Below the pieces are notes generated by a model that was not told the DNA's origin, ran no database searches, and saw nothing but the letters and a program-made list of their open reading frames with translations. Shown piece after piece: positions 30,676-43,621 of a stretch of DNA of 64,000 nucleotides. Positions within the stretch are counted from its first letter, which is position 1; each line of letters opens with the position of its first letter. This DNA comes from Flectonema sp. DT1601 (lineage: Eukaryota). Made by a program: the position numbers and the translations under genes. The DNA lies in contig OZ025796.1 of the NCBI GenBank assembly GCA_964019425.1, forward strand, positions 1,054,001 through 1,118,000, read 5' to 3'.

Positions 30676-33651
30676 TCACTTAGCCCAGGGAGTTCGATGA
30701 ATTCCACCGCTCTTTGCGGAATGGCGTTGTGGAGAAACAAAAATTCCCCTCTGCGGCGCCGGTGAAACAGAGGGATAAGAAGAAAGAGAAGGCCGGGGCT
30801 GAGGAGAAGAATGACTGAGATAGTAGTGAAAGGTCGCAGGTGCAGATCTGCCGCGAGTTGGAAGTTCACGAGGGGTTCGGGAAGCAGAGCGGCGAGGAGA
30901 CTGTCCCTTACAGAGTAGAAGCAGCTCTGTCTGCAGTTTACGAACTTTCTTTCTCTCAATTTCGAGTAAGTTGAGCGTTCCTTTTACTGGTGACGAAGGG
31001 TCCGCTCTGACAGGCGAGTGTTCTATTCTCCTCCTCAGCTGTTTCTCTTCTTCGAGTGATGTGAGTTGTCTCTGTAGAAGTCTGACCTGACGATCCTTGT
31101 CAGATACTTCCGCACGATGAGCTAACTCCGATTCCTTGTTCAACTCTTCTAATGCTGTGATACCAGAGAGTGATCCTAAGTAATCCTTCTCTAACTTAAG
31201 AAGTTGCAATTTTAGTTCTTCAGCTACTTTCATGTCTGCCGGCGCTTTGGCCTCAGTTGCTTGTTGCACGTCAGAAACTGCACGCTCTAGCTCGTTGCAC
31301 TTTTCATGGGCGATTTGGAGATCACTTTTTAAATTTTTGTTTTGATCTTTTAGGTGCTCAGCCTCTTCCTGAGCAAAACGTAACTTATTTTTATTCGTCT
31401 CGTCTACAGCTTGTTGGGTCTTTACGAGCGCCTGGAGCTTTCTGTTTTGACGACACTCCTTTTCTAACTCCTTAGTGGTTGTTTCCAAATCCAGAAGTAA
31501 TAACTTGTCTGAAGCTGAAGGCGATGGAGTTACAACTGTTGTTGAAGCTTTCTTCTTGAGTGATGTTACTTCTTTTCGTAACTGAGCTATTTGTGAATAC
31601 AAAGAGACGTTCTCTTTCCGACTAGCAGTAGCTTCAGTACGCATAGTATTGATGTCTTTAGTTAATTCAGATATTTGTTTGGTAGAGGTTGCATTGCCGT
31701 GGGCAGTTGCGAGTTTCGCGAGGAGGTCGCAATTCTCATTTTGAAGTTGTCGTATTGTACCTGCAGCCTTAACTAACTCACTTGAGACGCTTGAGTCCTC
31801 AGCGTATGTTGACTTTAACAGCTGGACTTCACTACGAAGATCTGTGATGGTCAAGTCTCGTGAGCTTAATTGTTGCTTCACATCAGTCAATTCTAACGTT
31901 AGAGGATTCAGTTCACTTTGAGACTGATTTAGACTTTCTTGAAGTAATAACATTTGAGATCTCAATTCAAGATTGGAATCTGGTGATGAGTTGGAACTTT
32001 CTCGAAGTAATTCAAGTTCAGTATTCGCTTCTTTAAGTTTGCCTTCCAAGTCAGATGACATTTCAGTGTTTGACTCTCTTTGTTGTTGCAATTGCTGTTG
32101 CAGAATGGTATTCTCTTCTTTAGCATCTGTCAACTCCTCCTGCAGAGACTGAGGAGCATTCGTTTGATCGATTTGCTGTTGCAGAGTAATGACTTTTTCA
32201 GACTCACCATTTAATTCTTTTTTAGATTCCTCGAGACTTTGTCTCAACGTTGTGATTTCAGATTCTAATTGAGAGTTGTTACCACTTGATGACTTCAGGT
32301 GATTTATTTCTTGCTGTTGGGTTTCATTTAATGCTACAGCAGCATCTAGTTTGGTACTACTCTCCTGAAGGCTCTTTTGTAATGACCCAACGTCTCCAGC
32401 AGCTGTCGTCAGCTGATTAATTTGATTTTGAGCGTTAGTTAGGTTTGCTTTTAGTGGTTTGAGGGTCTCTAATTCAGAAGTAGTTTCAAGTAGAGTTTGT
32501 TTTAAAGATGTAATTTCCGACTGCATATCAGTGCTGTCGTTGGTCGTCTTCGAATCCTCAACCTGCTGTAGGAGTGTCTTTGTACTTTCACTGGCATTCT
32601 GAAGACTGTTCTCCAACTTTTTAATTTCAGACTGTAATTGAGAAATCTCACTTTCAGATGACGATTTTTGATCGCTGAGTTGCTGTTGCAGAGTTGTGTT
32701 ATTTTTACTAACATCATTTAGCTGTTGCTGAAGTGTTGTGATTTCAGACTGGCTGTCGTCACCAGTAAGATCGTTAAGTTGCTGCTGTAGAGCTTCTTTT
32801 TCTTTATTAACACTTATCAATTGCGTATCTGATTGTTTGAGTCTCTCTTGCAGAGTTGTAATTTCTGTTATGTCGCTGGTTGATAGTTTTAGTTGATCAG
32901 TTTCTTGTCTGGCATTGTCTAAGTTGGTGTTGGATTCCTTTAGATTTTCTTTTAATATATTTATTTCATTAGATAGGTCAGCATTTTGTTTTCCTGTTTC
33001 AGATAAAACAGTTTCAAGTTCCTTAGTAATCTTCAGATTAGAATCCTTCAGAATTGTTATTTCTGATTGCAATTTGTCATCGTCTCCTTTAGAACTTTGT
33101 AACTCTTTAATTTCCATTGTGAGAGACACCTTTTCTGATTCTGTTTGTTGAAGGTCGCCTTCGAGTGTTTTTATAACTGTTTGCTGCCGAGTAATTTCCT
33201 TTTCAGTGTCCGTAAGTGTAGTTTTTAAACTATTTACTTCATTCTGTAGGTTATCACAATCAGTGACATCATCAGCTGCCTTCTTTAGAGATGATATTTG
33301 ATTTGATAAGTTTGTATTTTCCTTTTCTAAAGTATCTATTTGTACTTTCAATGTTGTTACATCGACTTCCTTAACAGCGTTCTGCTTCAGTTTTGTCTGA
33401 AGTTCCTCATTCTCAGAAGACAGTTTCTTAATCTGATCGTGTGCTTGTTTTAGATCGCTCTCTAATTTCCCTGTCTCTCCAGTGGGTTCTTTTATTGCTT
33501 CTTTTGGTGGTTCTTTTTTCGCAACTGGTGCAGCTGGTGGAGGGGACGATGATTCAGTTTCTGGTCTTGAATACTCACATATTTCACATATATTGCTTTG
33601 ACCTTCATTTAAATATGCGCAGTCGGGACACTCCCACTCCATCTGGACCAT
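30676..33651 (-). CDS. RanBP2-type zinc finger + long coiled-coil protein
   Basis: WECPDCAYLNEGQSNICEIC matches W-x-C-x2-C-x3-N-x6-C-x2-C; ~800 aa of heptad-like sequence follow. Confidence 0.85.
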   Translation of the reverse strand: MVQMEWECPDCAYLNEGQSNICEICEYSRPETESSSPPPAAPVAKKEPPKEAIKEPTGETGKLESDLKQAHDQIKKLSSENEELQTKLKQNAVKEVDVTTLKVQIDTLEKENTNLSNQISSLKKAADDVTDCDNLQNEVNSLKTTLTDTEKEITRQQTVIKTLEGDLQQTESEKVSLTMEIKELQSSKGDDDKLQSEITILKDSNLKITKELETVLSETGKQNADLSNEINILKENLKESNTNLDNARQETDQLKLSTSDITEITTLQERLKQSDTQLISVNKEKEALQQQLNDLTGDDSQSEITTLQQQLNDVSKNNTTLQQQLSDQKSSSESEISQLQSEIKKLENSLQNASESTKTLLQQVEDSKTTNDSTDMQSEITSLKQTLLETTSELETLKPLKANLTNAQNQINQLTTAAGDVGSLQKSLQESSTKLDAAVALNETQQQEINHLKSSSGNNSQLESEITTLRQSLEESKKELNGESEKVITLQQQIDQTNAPQSLQEELTDAKEENTILQQQLQQQRESNTEMSSDLEGKLKEANTELELLRESSNSSPDSNLELRSQMLLLQESLNQSQSELNPLTLELTDVKQQLSSRDLTITDLRSEVQLLKSTYAEDSSVSSELVKAAGTIRQLQNENCDLLAKLATAHGNATSTKQISELTKDINTMRTEATASRKENVSLYSQIAQLRKEVTSLKKKASTTVVTPSPSASDKLLLLDLETTTKELEKECRQNRKLQALVKTQQAVDETNKNKLRFAQEEAEHLKDQNKNLKSDLQIAHEKCNELERAVSDVQQATEAKAPADMKVAEELKLQLLKLEKDYLGSLSGITALEELNKESELAHRAEVSDKDRQVRLLQRQLTSLEEEKQLRRRIEHSPVRADPSSPVKGTLNLLEIERKKVRKLQTELLLLCKGQSPRRSASRTPRELPTRGRSAPATFHYYLSHSSPQPRPSLSSYPSVSPAPQRGIFVSPQRHSAKSGGIHRTPWAK

Positions 33652-34903
33652 TTGGTACAGCTATTGCAGGCATTCATACTGAAAGGGAAGAAGAAATAAA
33701 ATAATTTGAACCACCTCCTTAGGTACCTGATGATATTAACAAAGAAAGCAACTTCTCATAATTGTGTTGTGCCTGTCTGAATGTTGTGAATGAATTTTTT
33801 TTTTTTTTTTTAAATTTTTTTTTCCAGTTCTTAAACCCAACCAGCAGTAGAACTCAACTTGCACATGAGATTTTTTTTTTGCATGAATTGAAAAACGACA
33901 TTCATGAATGATCAGCCATTAGTTTTTTTTTTTCCTTCCATTTTGAGAAAAATCGCGCATACAAGAAACTTGACAACAGAATAATATCACCTCGTACGTA
34001 GCCATATGACTCGTCGATTAGTAACATCGACTTAGGATACTACTAATCTTGGTTGTCGTTGTTATAACCAAACAGTTACTAGAGTACGTCCGTTCACAGC
34101 GACCCACGAGCCTCGAATATCGCGTTTACCGATGTCACTAACATCAGTAGTTCCGCACAAATCAGAGAAGAGAAAGAAGAAAGGGAAAAAAAAAAAAGGT
34201 AGAACATGATCTCCCAAAATTGCCATGGGGGATGAAACTTTGATAAATGTATTAACAACTTTTGGGTATTAATACAAAAATTAATATCAAGTACTTGACT
34301 GAAAAAGAATATTTGTAGTTGTTAATCAAAGATACGCCATGGGGAGCTCAAGTGAGGCTTTTCTTTTTTTTTTTTTTTTTTGTCGGATGCATGAAAGCAC
34401 TTTTCTTCGGCAATTTTTTTTTCTTTTTTCCAGCTGCCGAAAGGTGTGCTTACAAAAGGAAACAGTAAGTTGACGGGACAAAAAAAACTAGCGACGTAAT
34501 AGCCGCTACCAATGTCAGGAGCAGGGGAATAACCGTTTGATTTTGTACGTAAAATACAAATTGTATTGTATCATTAGTTTTAGATACAGTGACCAGGTGC
34601 GATGCTTAACTTAACCTTTTGAGCTAAGCACATACTGAGTAGGGGGAGGTTTTATTTAAAAAAAGAAATTCACACATAATACCCTTCAATTTAACGGGTA
34701 TTTTCCGTCCTAATTAAGTGGTTAGAAAGTGATAAGGACACATGATGAAAGACGTCAACAAGATGGTAATCTTCCAAAACATGTCTTCTAAACAACAAAA
34801 CGTTTATCTAATAAACTAATACAAAAAATATAATTATGGGAGCCTAATGAGTTCTCCATTAACCGGATCAATAAATAAAAAGTAAATCTTATAAAACAGT
34901 TCC

Positions 34904-36557
34904 TTAGCTCATGGTCTCAACTTCCGCAGATGATTTTATTAAGTTCTCCAATTCTTCATTAGCAGTCGATAAAAAACAGCATGCGAACATTCCAGGGATA
35001 CAATTCAAACAACAAGTTGGTGGGGCAATTGACCATCCGTTCACTCCCCAGCTTTTGGGTGGTGTCTTCCAGTCGTTTGTCATTAGAACTGTTTTTGTGT
35101 TTTTTGTCAATACATGAGGTTGTTTTTAACATGATAAAAAAAAAACAAAAAAACAAAAAAAAAAACATACAGTCTTTATCAAGTTTTGGTGGCTCACAGC
35201 TGCAACAACCCTGCGATTCTGTTGTCGTTGGTGTGATGTCTCGAAATTTTACTTTTACGCTGTTTATTTTTACAACAGGAAGATCAGGCGGAGGTGATGG
35301 ATGAAGATTAGTGTGGAAATCAATAAACAAATCCAAATGTGTAGATAACGATGTTGTTCCAGAATCAAGACAAGCCCATGGCCCAATACCACAACAACAC
35401 ATTTCTAATGCTCTCCATCTCCAATGAAAAGGATGAATAGCAAGGTGAGCGTTTTTAACGTGAAGAGACATAGCTTTATTTTTGTTTTTGGGAAGTATCC
35501 AGGTAGCGTTTTTAGTTGGAATATTAACATCGGAGAATCTAATTGGTGAATCTAAAAAACAAAGACATTTACAACACGAGAAACTTGAATAACTCCTCCT
35601 GGGTTCTAATAAGGTAACAGTCGTGTCATCAACACCAAATCCGTCTTGGATATCACCCTTAGCAGGTTCTGTGGAGGGGTGGTATTCTACTTGTTGTTTT
35701 ATAGTTTTAGCGACTCGCTTAAGAACTTCTTTCTTTTCTCGTTCAAAGGTTTTTCGATCTCGTCGTAGCTCTCTACCAACTTCCATGTATCCACCCTTTT
35801 CAAATATTCCTGAATACTCCACTAGTCTTTCTTTAGCAGTGAGTAGTTCATCATCGTCGCTTTGCTCTTCCCAGTCGTGGGCCCAAAGTTGTATTTCATC
35901 AGTTTTTGGATATGGAGGTGGTTGTTTTTCAGGTGATTTGGGTTTCTCAGGTGCCACATCTGCAGCATCTTTGTAAAACCGACCACGAGAATACCAGTGA
36001 GCGAGATCACCTTGAGGTTCAATCCATTGGTCGTTATAATTTGAATATAAATCCATCATTTCAGATGTGTCTTCTCCACTGTCGTCAGAATCACTGTCAA
36101 GATCTCCCTGAATAACACCACCGCCGGCATGAGCGCTGGTTTTCTTCGTCTTTTTTCCAACCTTCCAGGATGCGTTATATAAAAGTTGTTCATCCATATC
36201 AGTTGGTTGGAATGCTATCTCAGCGATAGTTTCTTCTTTCTTCTTCCTTCGAAGTTCTTCTTCATTCCTACCTGATTCTTTATTGTTGTTATTACCGTAT
36301 TGATCTCCTAACATTAACATCATCTTTTGTTCTGGGGGAAGTATGAGCAAGAGTTCAACTATTTCATCTAATACGAGCCCTCTGTTGGTGTTTGGTGTGT
36401 GTGTGTGTTGAGTGATTACGAAAACAGAAAAGTAGTAGTGTTGAGGAACAATTATTATTTTGTATTCATACCTGAACAGCAGCATCTCTAGTAGCTGGGG
36501 GTTTTCATGCGGGAGAACTTCCCTCGCCAGCTCGACTTGCTGACGAAAACCGTCCAT
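34904..36557 (-). CDS. Hypothetical protein with Cys-rich patches; introns 36382-36471 and 35089-35170
   Basis: Removing two GTATG..ACAG introns joins the 532-aa ORF to the 34904-35088 exon in frame; possible CUE-like N-terminus (weak). Confidence 0.7.
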
Positions 36558-36855
36558 TACAATATGTGCCCGCCCCCCCTGCCCGAGCTGATAAGAAATA
36601 TTAAAGCTGATAATCAGACTTTATTTTTGTTTTTTTAAAAAAAGTAAACACAACAACAACATGAATCGTCATCATAAACAAACTGTTAAAATAAAATAAA
36701 GTAGTTCACGAAAATCCATAATTCTGACAACTAACAATAAAACCAACTAGTTAGGCGACAAAGTAGGAGGATAGCAGTTAGGATAAGCTGACCCAGCAGA
36801 TATATTTATTTGAGCGAATTAGGACTGGTTTAGTCTCACAAAGTGTAATAAAAAC

Positions 36856-39264
36856 CTACTTTCGTTCAGAAGAATGCGCGCTGGGGTTTCCTTCTCGCTG
36901 TCCTTCGGAATTACTTCCGAAGAATTTTTGTTGCATTTTTGACAGCAGAGAATGTTTACCACCACTTCCAGCACCGCCTTCAACGGAGTCAGCTTTTGGT
37001 GAGATATCGCGTTTATCTTTTTCATCGGTATTTGGAAGGAGTTCACGAAACTTTGCGAGAAAAGCGCGTTTTGGAGCTGAACCCTCATCAATCGCTTCTC
37101 TATCCTTTACAATAGATATTAGTAAGTTACAAAGTGGTGAATTGTCTGGAATGCACTTTTGTAAAGTTCTGAAAGAGCTAAGCAACGGAGGGGCTGGAAT
37201 CAAAAGTCCCTTTGAGAAATCACACAAAACTGTGATCGTAGAACTGAGGTGAGAGTCATCTTCTGACGCCTCACCCTTTTGGAGTGCTTCACTAATGTAA
37301 TCGATGGCATCTCTAATTAGAGTTGCTGCTGTTGATTGAAGTTTTTGATTCTTCGTCACAGCTGGTAGAACTGCTTTCAACCAATTCCTGTAAGAACTGA
37401 CATCTCCACCAAATGACGTAGCATTCCTCTGAACTAAAGTATTACCAATCCTACTCAAAGCATCTTCTGATTGAACTTGAGAAGTAATAAAAGCAGCACA
37501 GCTACCAGCAAGAACCCGAACTTCCTTTGAAGGATCTGTCAGCAATGTGAGTGCTGGTGGAAGAGCTTTTTTAAGAACTATTTTAGGAGGCAAAACCTGA
37601 CTTGATAAAGCGATTTGGAATACCTGAGCTGCGGCAACTCTAATTGCATCATCGCATGTCGGAGACATGCAATCCCAAACAAGTGATAACAGAATATCCT
37701 GAATCACGGGATACTCTTCAGCAGCACCACACAATACTTGAGTTAAATCACTAACGTTCTCTAAGTCTTCACAATAGTGAAGCATCGCATCACTTAATAA
37801 CGACGACAGCTGCTCGCTGCATTTCTTTTGATTATCATTGTGAACACCAGCACTGTACCTCATATACGATGGGATGAGACACCATCTTGGTTTTGTATCA
37901 GTTTCAGGTGATCCCAATGCCTGATAACCTCTCAGAATAATTTCTAAAAAGAGAGGAGTAACAGCCTCATCTAGAACTGGTTGATCTGTTGTATGACAAC
38001 AGGCAATTAAAATATCAACCGCAGATTTCTGTTGTGAGTCTCTAGTTTGTGTAATATTTTTAAGAATACGATGGACAGTCGTGTCGAATAATTGCTCTGC
38101 AGAAGTCCAAACACCTTTCGTTTGTCTTTTAATTGCCTTTAGTAACAAAGAGCTTAACGATTCTTCAGGATATTTTCCAATACTACTCGGGACGGTTGAT
38201 ATAAGTATGTCTCTCAAAGATGACAAACATTTCTGTAATGCAGAAAGTTTTAGTACAAAGACACCATCAGGTTCAGGAATAGTCGCTATTATTTGAAGAA
38301 TAAGTGAATGAATGAGCTCATCACTCACGGAAAGCTTTACTAAGATCGGAAGCAATTCCTGAACACTTGCTTTCTGAACTTTTTGATTCGAGTCTGTCAG
38401 ACTCTTTATGAATATGGTATTCGCAAATTTAACAGTTTTTTCCGAATGTTGATTCTTTTTAAGCAAACAACTCGCAAGACTTACGACCGATGCCTCTCGC
38501 ACCACACTTGATGTATCATGTTGGACCATACTACCTAAAATAGCGACAATATCCTGCTGGACGTTCACTAATAAATGATCATACAACAAAGCGAGCATTT
38601 GAACAGCTAATACTCTCTGTTCGGGATAGCGATATTCTAAAAGACTTTTTATAGTTGATAATAATTCTTTTTCTATTCTGGATGGATCGTTTTTAATCTT
38701 CTCCACGAGAGTTGAGATTCCTTCAAGCATGAGAGTACGTTGTTCTGAATCAGGTCTTTTGAAAAGTGTTATGAAATGAAAGATTAAAGATGACCTTACC
38801 TGATGAATTGGATGATGATGAATAACTGTGACAAGAATATCAATAAGAGAGTCCTTGCGTGATGACCTAACGCTGGTTAACACTGTTGGAAGTCTTTCCG
38901 CAAGCACCTGCAGCAGTGATTCAGTGTTGTGCTGTTGAACACGTAGCTGGTCTGATAATGTTAGAAGCTCTTTTTCAATTTCTTTTTTTGGACTGCTTTC
39001 CATTTTAATTTGTTTTTTCAAATTCTCATTTTCTAATTTTAATGATTGAAGCTCATATTTAATTTTATCGACATCATCTTCAGCTCGTACGGTTGGCACA
39101 TCCAATTGGGTTTCCTCTTCTATGTAATCTTTTAGATTCGACAAATAAATATCTCTCTCTAACATGTCCTGATAAAACTCAAGCGCACTAAGATGTACAT
39201 TATGAGTTATTAAAAACGACGCAATCTCTTCTGCAGTTGATTGGTTGATAGGAGACAGCATCAT
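36856..39264 (-). CDS. RELCH/KIAA1468-like LisH + coiled-coil + HEAT-repeat protein
   Basis: IASFLITHNVHLSALEFYQDMLE (LisH-like); TLFKRPDSEQR, YPEQRVLA, VVREASVVSLA, DPSKEVR HEAT-like repeats. Confidence 0.7.
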   Translation of the reverse strand: MMLSPINQSTAEEIASFLITHNVHLSALEFYQDMLERDIYLSNLKDYIEEETQLDVPTVRAEDDVDKIKYELQSLKLENENLKKQIKMESSPKKEIEKELLTLSDQLRVQQHNTESLLQVLAERLPTVLTSVRSSRKDSLIDILVTVIHHHPIHQVRSSLIFHFITLFKRPDSEQRTLMLEGISTLVEKIKNDPSRIEKELLSTIKSLLEYRYPEQRVLAVQMLALLYDHLLVNVQQDIVAILGSMVQHDTSSVVREASVVSLASCLLKKNQHSEKTVKFANTIFIKSLTDSNQKVQKASVQELLPILVKLSVSDELIHSLILQIIATIPEPDGVFVLKLSALQKCLSSLRDILISTVPSSIGKYPEESLSSLLLKAIKRQTKGVWTSAEQLFDTTVHRILKNITQTRDSQQKSAVDILIACCHTTDQPVLDEAVTPLFLEIILRGYQALGSPETDTKPRWCLIPSYMRYSAGVHNDNQKKCSEQLSSLLSDAMLHYCEDLENVSDLTQVLCGAAEEYPVIQDILLSLVWDCMSPTCDDAIRVAAAQVFQIALSSQVLPPKIVLKKALPPALTLLTDPSKEVRVLAGSCAAFITSQVQSEDALSRIGNTLVQRNATSFGGDVSSYRNWLKAVLPAVTKNQKLQSTAATLIRDAIDYISEALQKGEASEDDSHLSSTITVLCDFSKGLLIPAPPLLSSFRTLQKCIPDNSPLCNLLISIVKDREAIDEGSAPKRAFLAKFRELLPNTDEKDKRDISPKADSVEGGAGSGGKHSLLSKMQQKFFGSNSEGQREGNPSAHSSERK

Positions 39265-42200
39265 CTCATTTGTTAGACCTGATTATTATTATTATTAATT
39301 TATAAAAAAAAACTTGTCAAAATTAAGCTTGTGTTTTCAAATATTCCATTTTTTTTTTTTTTTTTTTTTTTTTACTGTGAGAAAAAAGTAAACTAAGTTT
39401 TTTTTAGATTGAATAAAAAATTCTTTTTTTTTTTTTAATTATTTTTCAATAGATAGAAATAAGAAACAAGTTCAAGATAGACATGTCACTTTGAGCAAAT
39501 AATTTGGGAGACGGGGTGTGATGAACATCCTTTTACATGAACAAAAAGAAAACCCCCCCACACATAAACATCTTTACTTCAATGGTGACGTGGACTGCTG
39601 CCAACAATTTTCACAAAAACAACTTGAGTTTTTTTTTTTTTTTTTTTTTCAGCCTTATCTGAAAGTATCATAAACTAATAAAAAAAGAAACCTTCCTTTT
39701 TTTTTTTTTTTTCTGAATTTGGGAAGGCTTCTGTCTGCATTACTAAGCAATGGCTTAGTATCAAAGCTGCTGTCTCATCAGAAATCTACGGAGACACGTC
39801 GCTAAAAAAAAGAAGAATAAATAAAAAAGAAAAACCAACAACAACAGAGGGAAGAAGGAAAACAGATAAAGATATCAACAAAGAAGACGATGAGGAGAAC
39901 TAGACACCTTTTTTGAGGTCTTAAAGGGTCACTTACAAACTGTGCGCATAATAACGATTTGGTAGCAGACATTAACAATCTGAAAAACGAAAGAGAAAGG
40001 TTGTCCGAAAGGAACAAGCATCAGAACTCGATGCAAAGACTAAAATAAAAGGAACGCGCATTTACGGTCAACAGCAAGAAACTTCTCAGCTTCGCGACCT
40101 GCTGTCATAAATACAAAACAAAATGCCCACCTTGTGTGTGTGTGTGCGGCGGGCAAACTGCTTGATTAGTTTTATACGAATATAAATCTCTATATTGCAT
40201 CAAAGCTCAATAATAAAATTAAAAAACTCATGACACAAGTGATTAGTAATGTTAATACAGGCTAACACTCTGCAAATGACGTACATACTCCACATTATAA
40301 TAAATATTTCTAACTTATCTGCATACATGTCTCTTTATCCGTGTTGTCATTCAGTGGAGTACGGAACGATTATGAATTAACCGTGAGCCCTGGGAAACCA
40401 AAACCAGGTTTGTGTGTGTGGGGGGGGGATAGGACATAAAAATACGGGGGTGAACCATAGAAGGAAAGTCTTCTACCTTTCACTCTGTAAAGGTAAAGTT
40501 GAGTTTTCGAAATCGACACGCAATAGCATTGCAAAGTGTTTGTCTATAACTAACACTACCTTTATAGTCAACCGTAATTTAATAATTGTTTATATTGTTA
40601 ATCAAGTCTGCTTACCATCCACGGGATAGTCAAGTTGTAATACATCAGCACAATCAATGTTTTGACTTATCAGCACACGTGTTATCTTTTTCCCGTATTG
40701 TTAACGAGGGGGAGTTTCGTCTTATTTCCTTTCATCCTGAGTCATAATGAGGCAGATCACTTGTTTTGATCTCAAGCTCGAAATGCTTTTTTTTTTTATT
40801 TTTTCTTAATTTATTGTGGCATACAATTATTGTCGCCTGCGGGGGTGGCATAATAATTTCACGCCAAAGAAGGAAACAAATAAATAAATATTTTCCATGC
40901 ATGTCCCTGATTTCGTCTCCTCCCGTGGGAACGCAATTTGCACTGCTGAGTAAGAATAATACAACAGAAAGAAGCCAACAGCGTGATTGCTGCAATGGGT
41001 GGGAAGTCAACGAAATCGCCAATACTATTGGTGGATATGAAAAAAACTATGACTTCGATCTCAGAGAGAATCGCACCTACTAACTATCGCAAGAAGATAA
41101 TAACATTTAGAACAAGTGTGGAACATAACTACTATAGTTGGAATATTAGTTATAAATTAGTGCACTAAAAAGAAAAAAAAGAAAGGTTTCAATTTAAAAG
41201 GAAAAAAAAAAACAGCTGTTCTAAAGCAGACAGTAATCATATTCCCAAGTGTGAGAACTACCACAGATTGATAAGGAAACGATCTTTCTTTTTTTTTTCT
41301 TTTTTTTTCCCGACAGTCCCCCTGGAGACTCCGTTCCCTCCAAAGAAAGGCGACAGATGCCACCAACAGTACCACTGGATACCCAGAGGCGTGAAAATAG
41401 AGTATACGAATAACGGAATTTCCTATTGAGAGACCAGTTGCCTAACAAAACAATCACACCTGAGAATTCGAACAACAGGCGACACAGAACTGTAGAGCTA
41501 AAGTACTTCCGCCCAAGTATTATGAGACTTGCTAAGGATTCTTGTTGTGTGCAAAAAAAGAGAGGAAAAAAAGGAAGAGAAGAAAAAGAAAACCAGTTTG
41601 AAAAACATTACCACCACTCCTCAGCAAGCACTGTCCGGTGCTTGAGATCAGATCTGATTAAGGTGCAGAACAAACAGGTACGTCATCATTTATAATGGTG
41701 TAAGGTTAGAGATTGATTACACACCTGCTTCTTATTTTGGATATTATTTTATTTTTATGAATTAATTTAATTTCCTTTCCTTCGGGAAAAAAAAAAAAAA
41801 AAAAAAAATGAATCGGCCAACTTAACTTTATTTTTTCTTTGTTTTATTTTGTTTGTGCGCAATCGGTACAAAATCCTAATAAAGGAATAGGTTAGTTGCC
41901 ACATTTCTCTTTCCACCGAACAATTGGGTTGTAGATACAAAAAATAAAACAAAAAACAGGGGCAGTGTTGTTGTTTTTTTTATCTTCCCCCCTTTTTTTT
42001 TTCTTTTTTTTAAAAAGAATCTTCAAACGGTTTTTTTAGTTGCAGTTGTAGTTTTCAATACGAGCACCCTATCTGCAGGGCATCAAACAGGCACAAACAA
42101 AGACTTCAAAAGTAGACAAAAAGCACAACGGGGGATTACGGGAGTCAACCCCGTTGAATGATGCATTTCTTGCTATAAACTCCAAATAAAGTCGACAACG

Positions 42201-43017
42201 ACACACATGTAAAGTATTGGATAGATTCACGAGACGACTCATTTTAAGAAGTCTTTTTTTCGGTCGCATATTCACCGAAAACATAAAAAACAACACCACG
42301 CAACTTACACTACTTGTTTCACTCTATATTTACAGAGTGACTACTTTAAGTGACTAGGTCGCGGAGCTCACGCACATTAAACAACAATGGGAGAAGACTC
42401 AATGCTGCAGTGAACACGTAAATCAAAGTAATTATATTTTGTGTTTGCAGATACACAGTGAGAGAACTTTTTTAAAAAAAAAAAAAAATTTAAAAAAAAA
42501 ATACACACAGAAAAATATACCTTAAAAAGATATCAAAATAAAATAAACTTTGCTGCTGTGATCGACTTTTTAACTTTTTTTGTTTCCTTTTTTTTTTTTT
42601 TTTTCTTTTGCTGTCCCACTAAACAATGGCAGTATTTTTATGACAACTTAACGCAATAATCACAATTCAGGGATCGATCCGTTTTTTTAAATAAAAAAAA
42701 AACTCTTTTTTCTGGTTGTTTAATCCACCCAAAAAAAAAAAAAAAAAAGAGAGAGAAAAGTTCGAAACAAAATAAATAGTAACGCACTGGGTTGGTCAAC
42801 TCAGCAACAGAAAGAAGTGCATCGCACAAAGAGGAATAACAAAGTTCATTGCGAACTAATGATTACTTTATTACACAATAGGGTTTTTAAGTACCCAATT
42901 TCAGGGCAGGGGGGACTTGGATAAATAAATCAAGGAGGGGGGGGAGGGTTTATTTTAACTATCTACCACGTGTTATCAAAAGATTGCCTCGCAAAGGTTT
43001 CTTTTTTTTTTGCTTGT

Positions 43018-43049
<32 letters not shown>

Positions 43050-43621
43050 GAAGTGAAGGGGAGAAAAGAAGAAAAGAAAATAATAATATTTCCCTCACGG
43101 GATACTTAAAGGAACAGAACAGATGCAAACCCAAACAAATTTTAAATAAACAAAACAGAAAACAGTTGTAACGCCTGGATGCTAACACAACGATATACAG
43201 TAGATTATTACTCCCAAAGAGGAGTAACAGATCACCTTCACTAATTATTAAGATAAGCTTTTTTATTGGGCGTATAATGGTTTAAAGTGGTTGAGGGAAA
43301 TTAGAAAAAAAAGAAAGAAAAAAAGGAAACACGCAAAGTGATACTATTCCTTTCAATACTTCCTCTTTTTTTTTTTTTTTTTTTTTTTCCCCCCCTTCCA
43401 ATTTTTTTTTTTTTATTAACAGTGTTGTGTACCGTAATTGGGGAGACAGGAAGGAGGGGGTAAGATAATAAAACAATATAAACGCGTAACAAAAAAAAAA
43501 AATACAATTTTGTTACCAAATCTCTTCAGTCCAATCGTTAAGTAGCTATGACAGTGGTCATCAAAAGCATCCGTTTCATCCTAACAGAAGAATCGATCTC
43601 TTGAATGCAAATTCGTCAAAC

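Noticed and set aside
40732..41022. 96-aa ORF with a signal-peptide-like stretch
   Set aside because: No ATG start or clear splice structure, and it runs into low-complexity sequence; cannot support.
41621..41689. Possible C/D snoRNA (ATGATGA..CTGA..CTGA, minus)
   Set aside because: The segment before box D is a self-hairpin (caagcac/gtgcttg) and I found no convincing box-adjacent rRNA complement.
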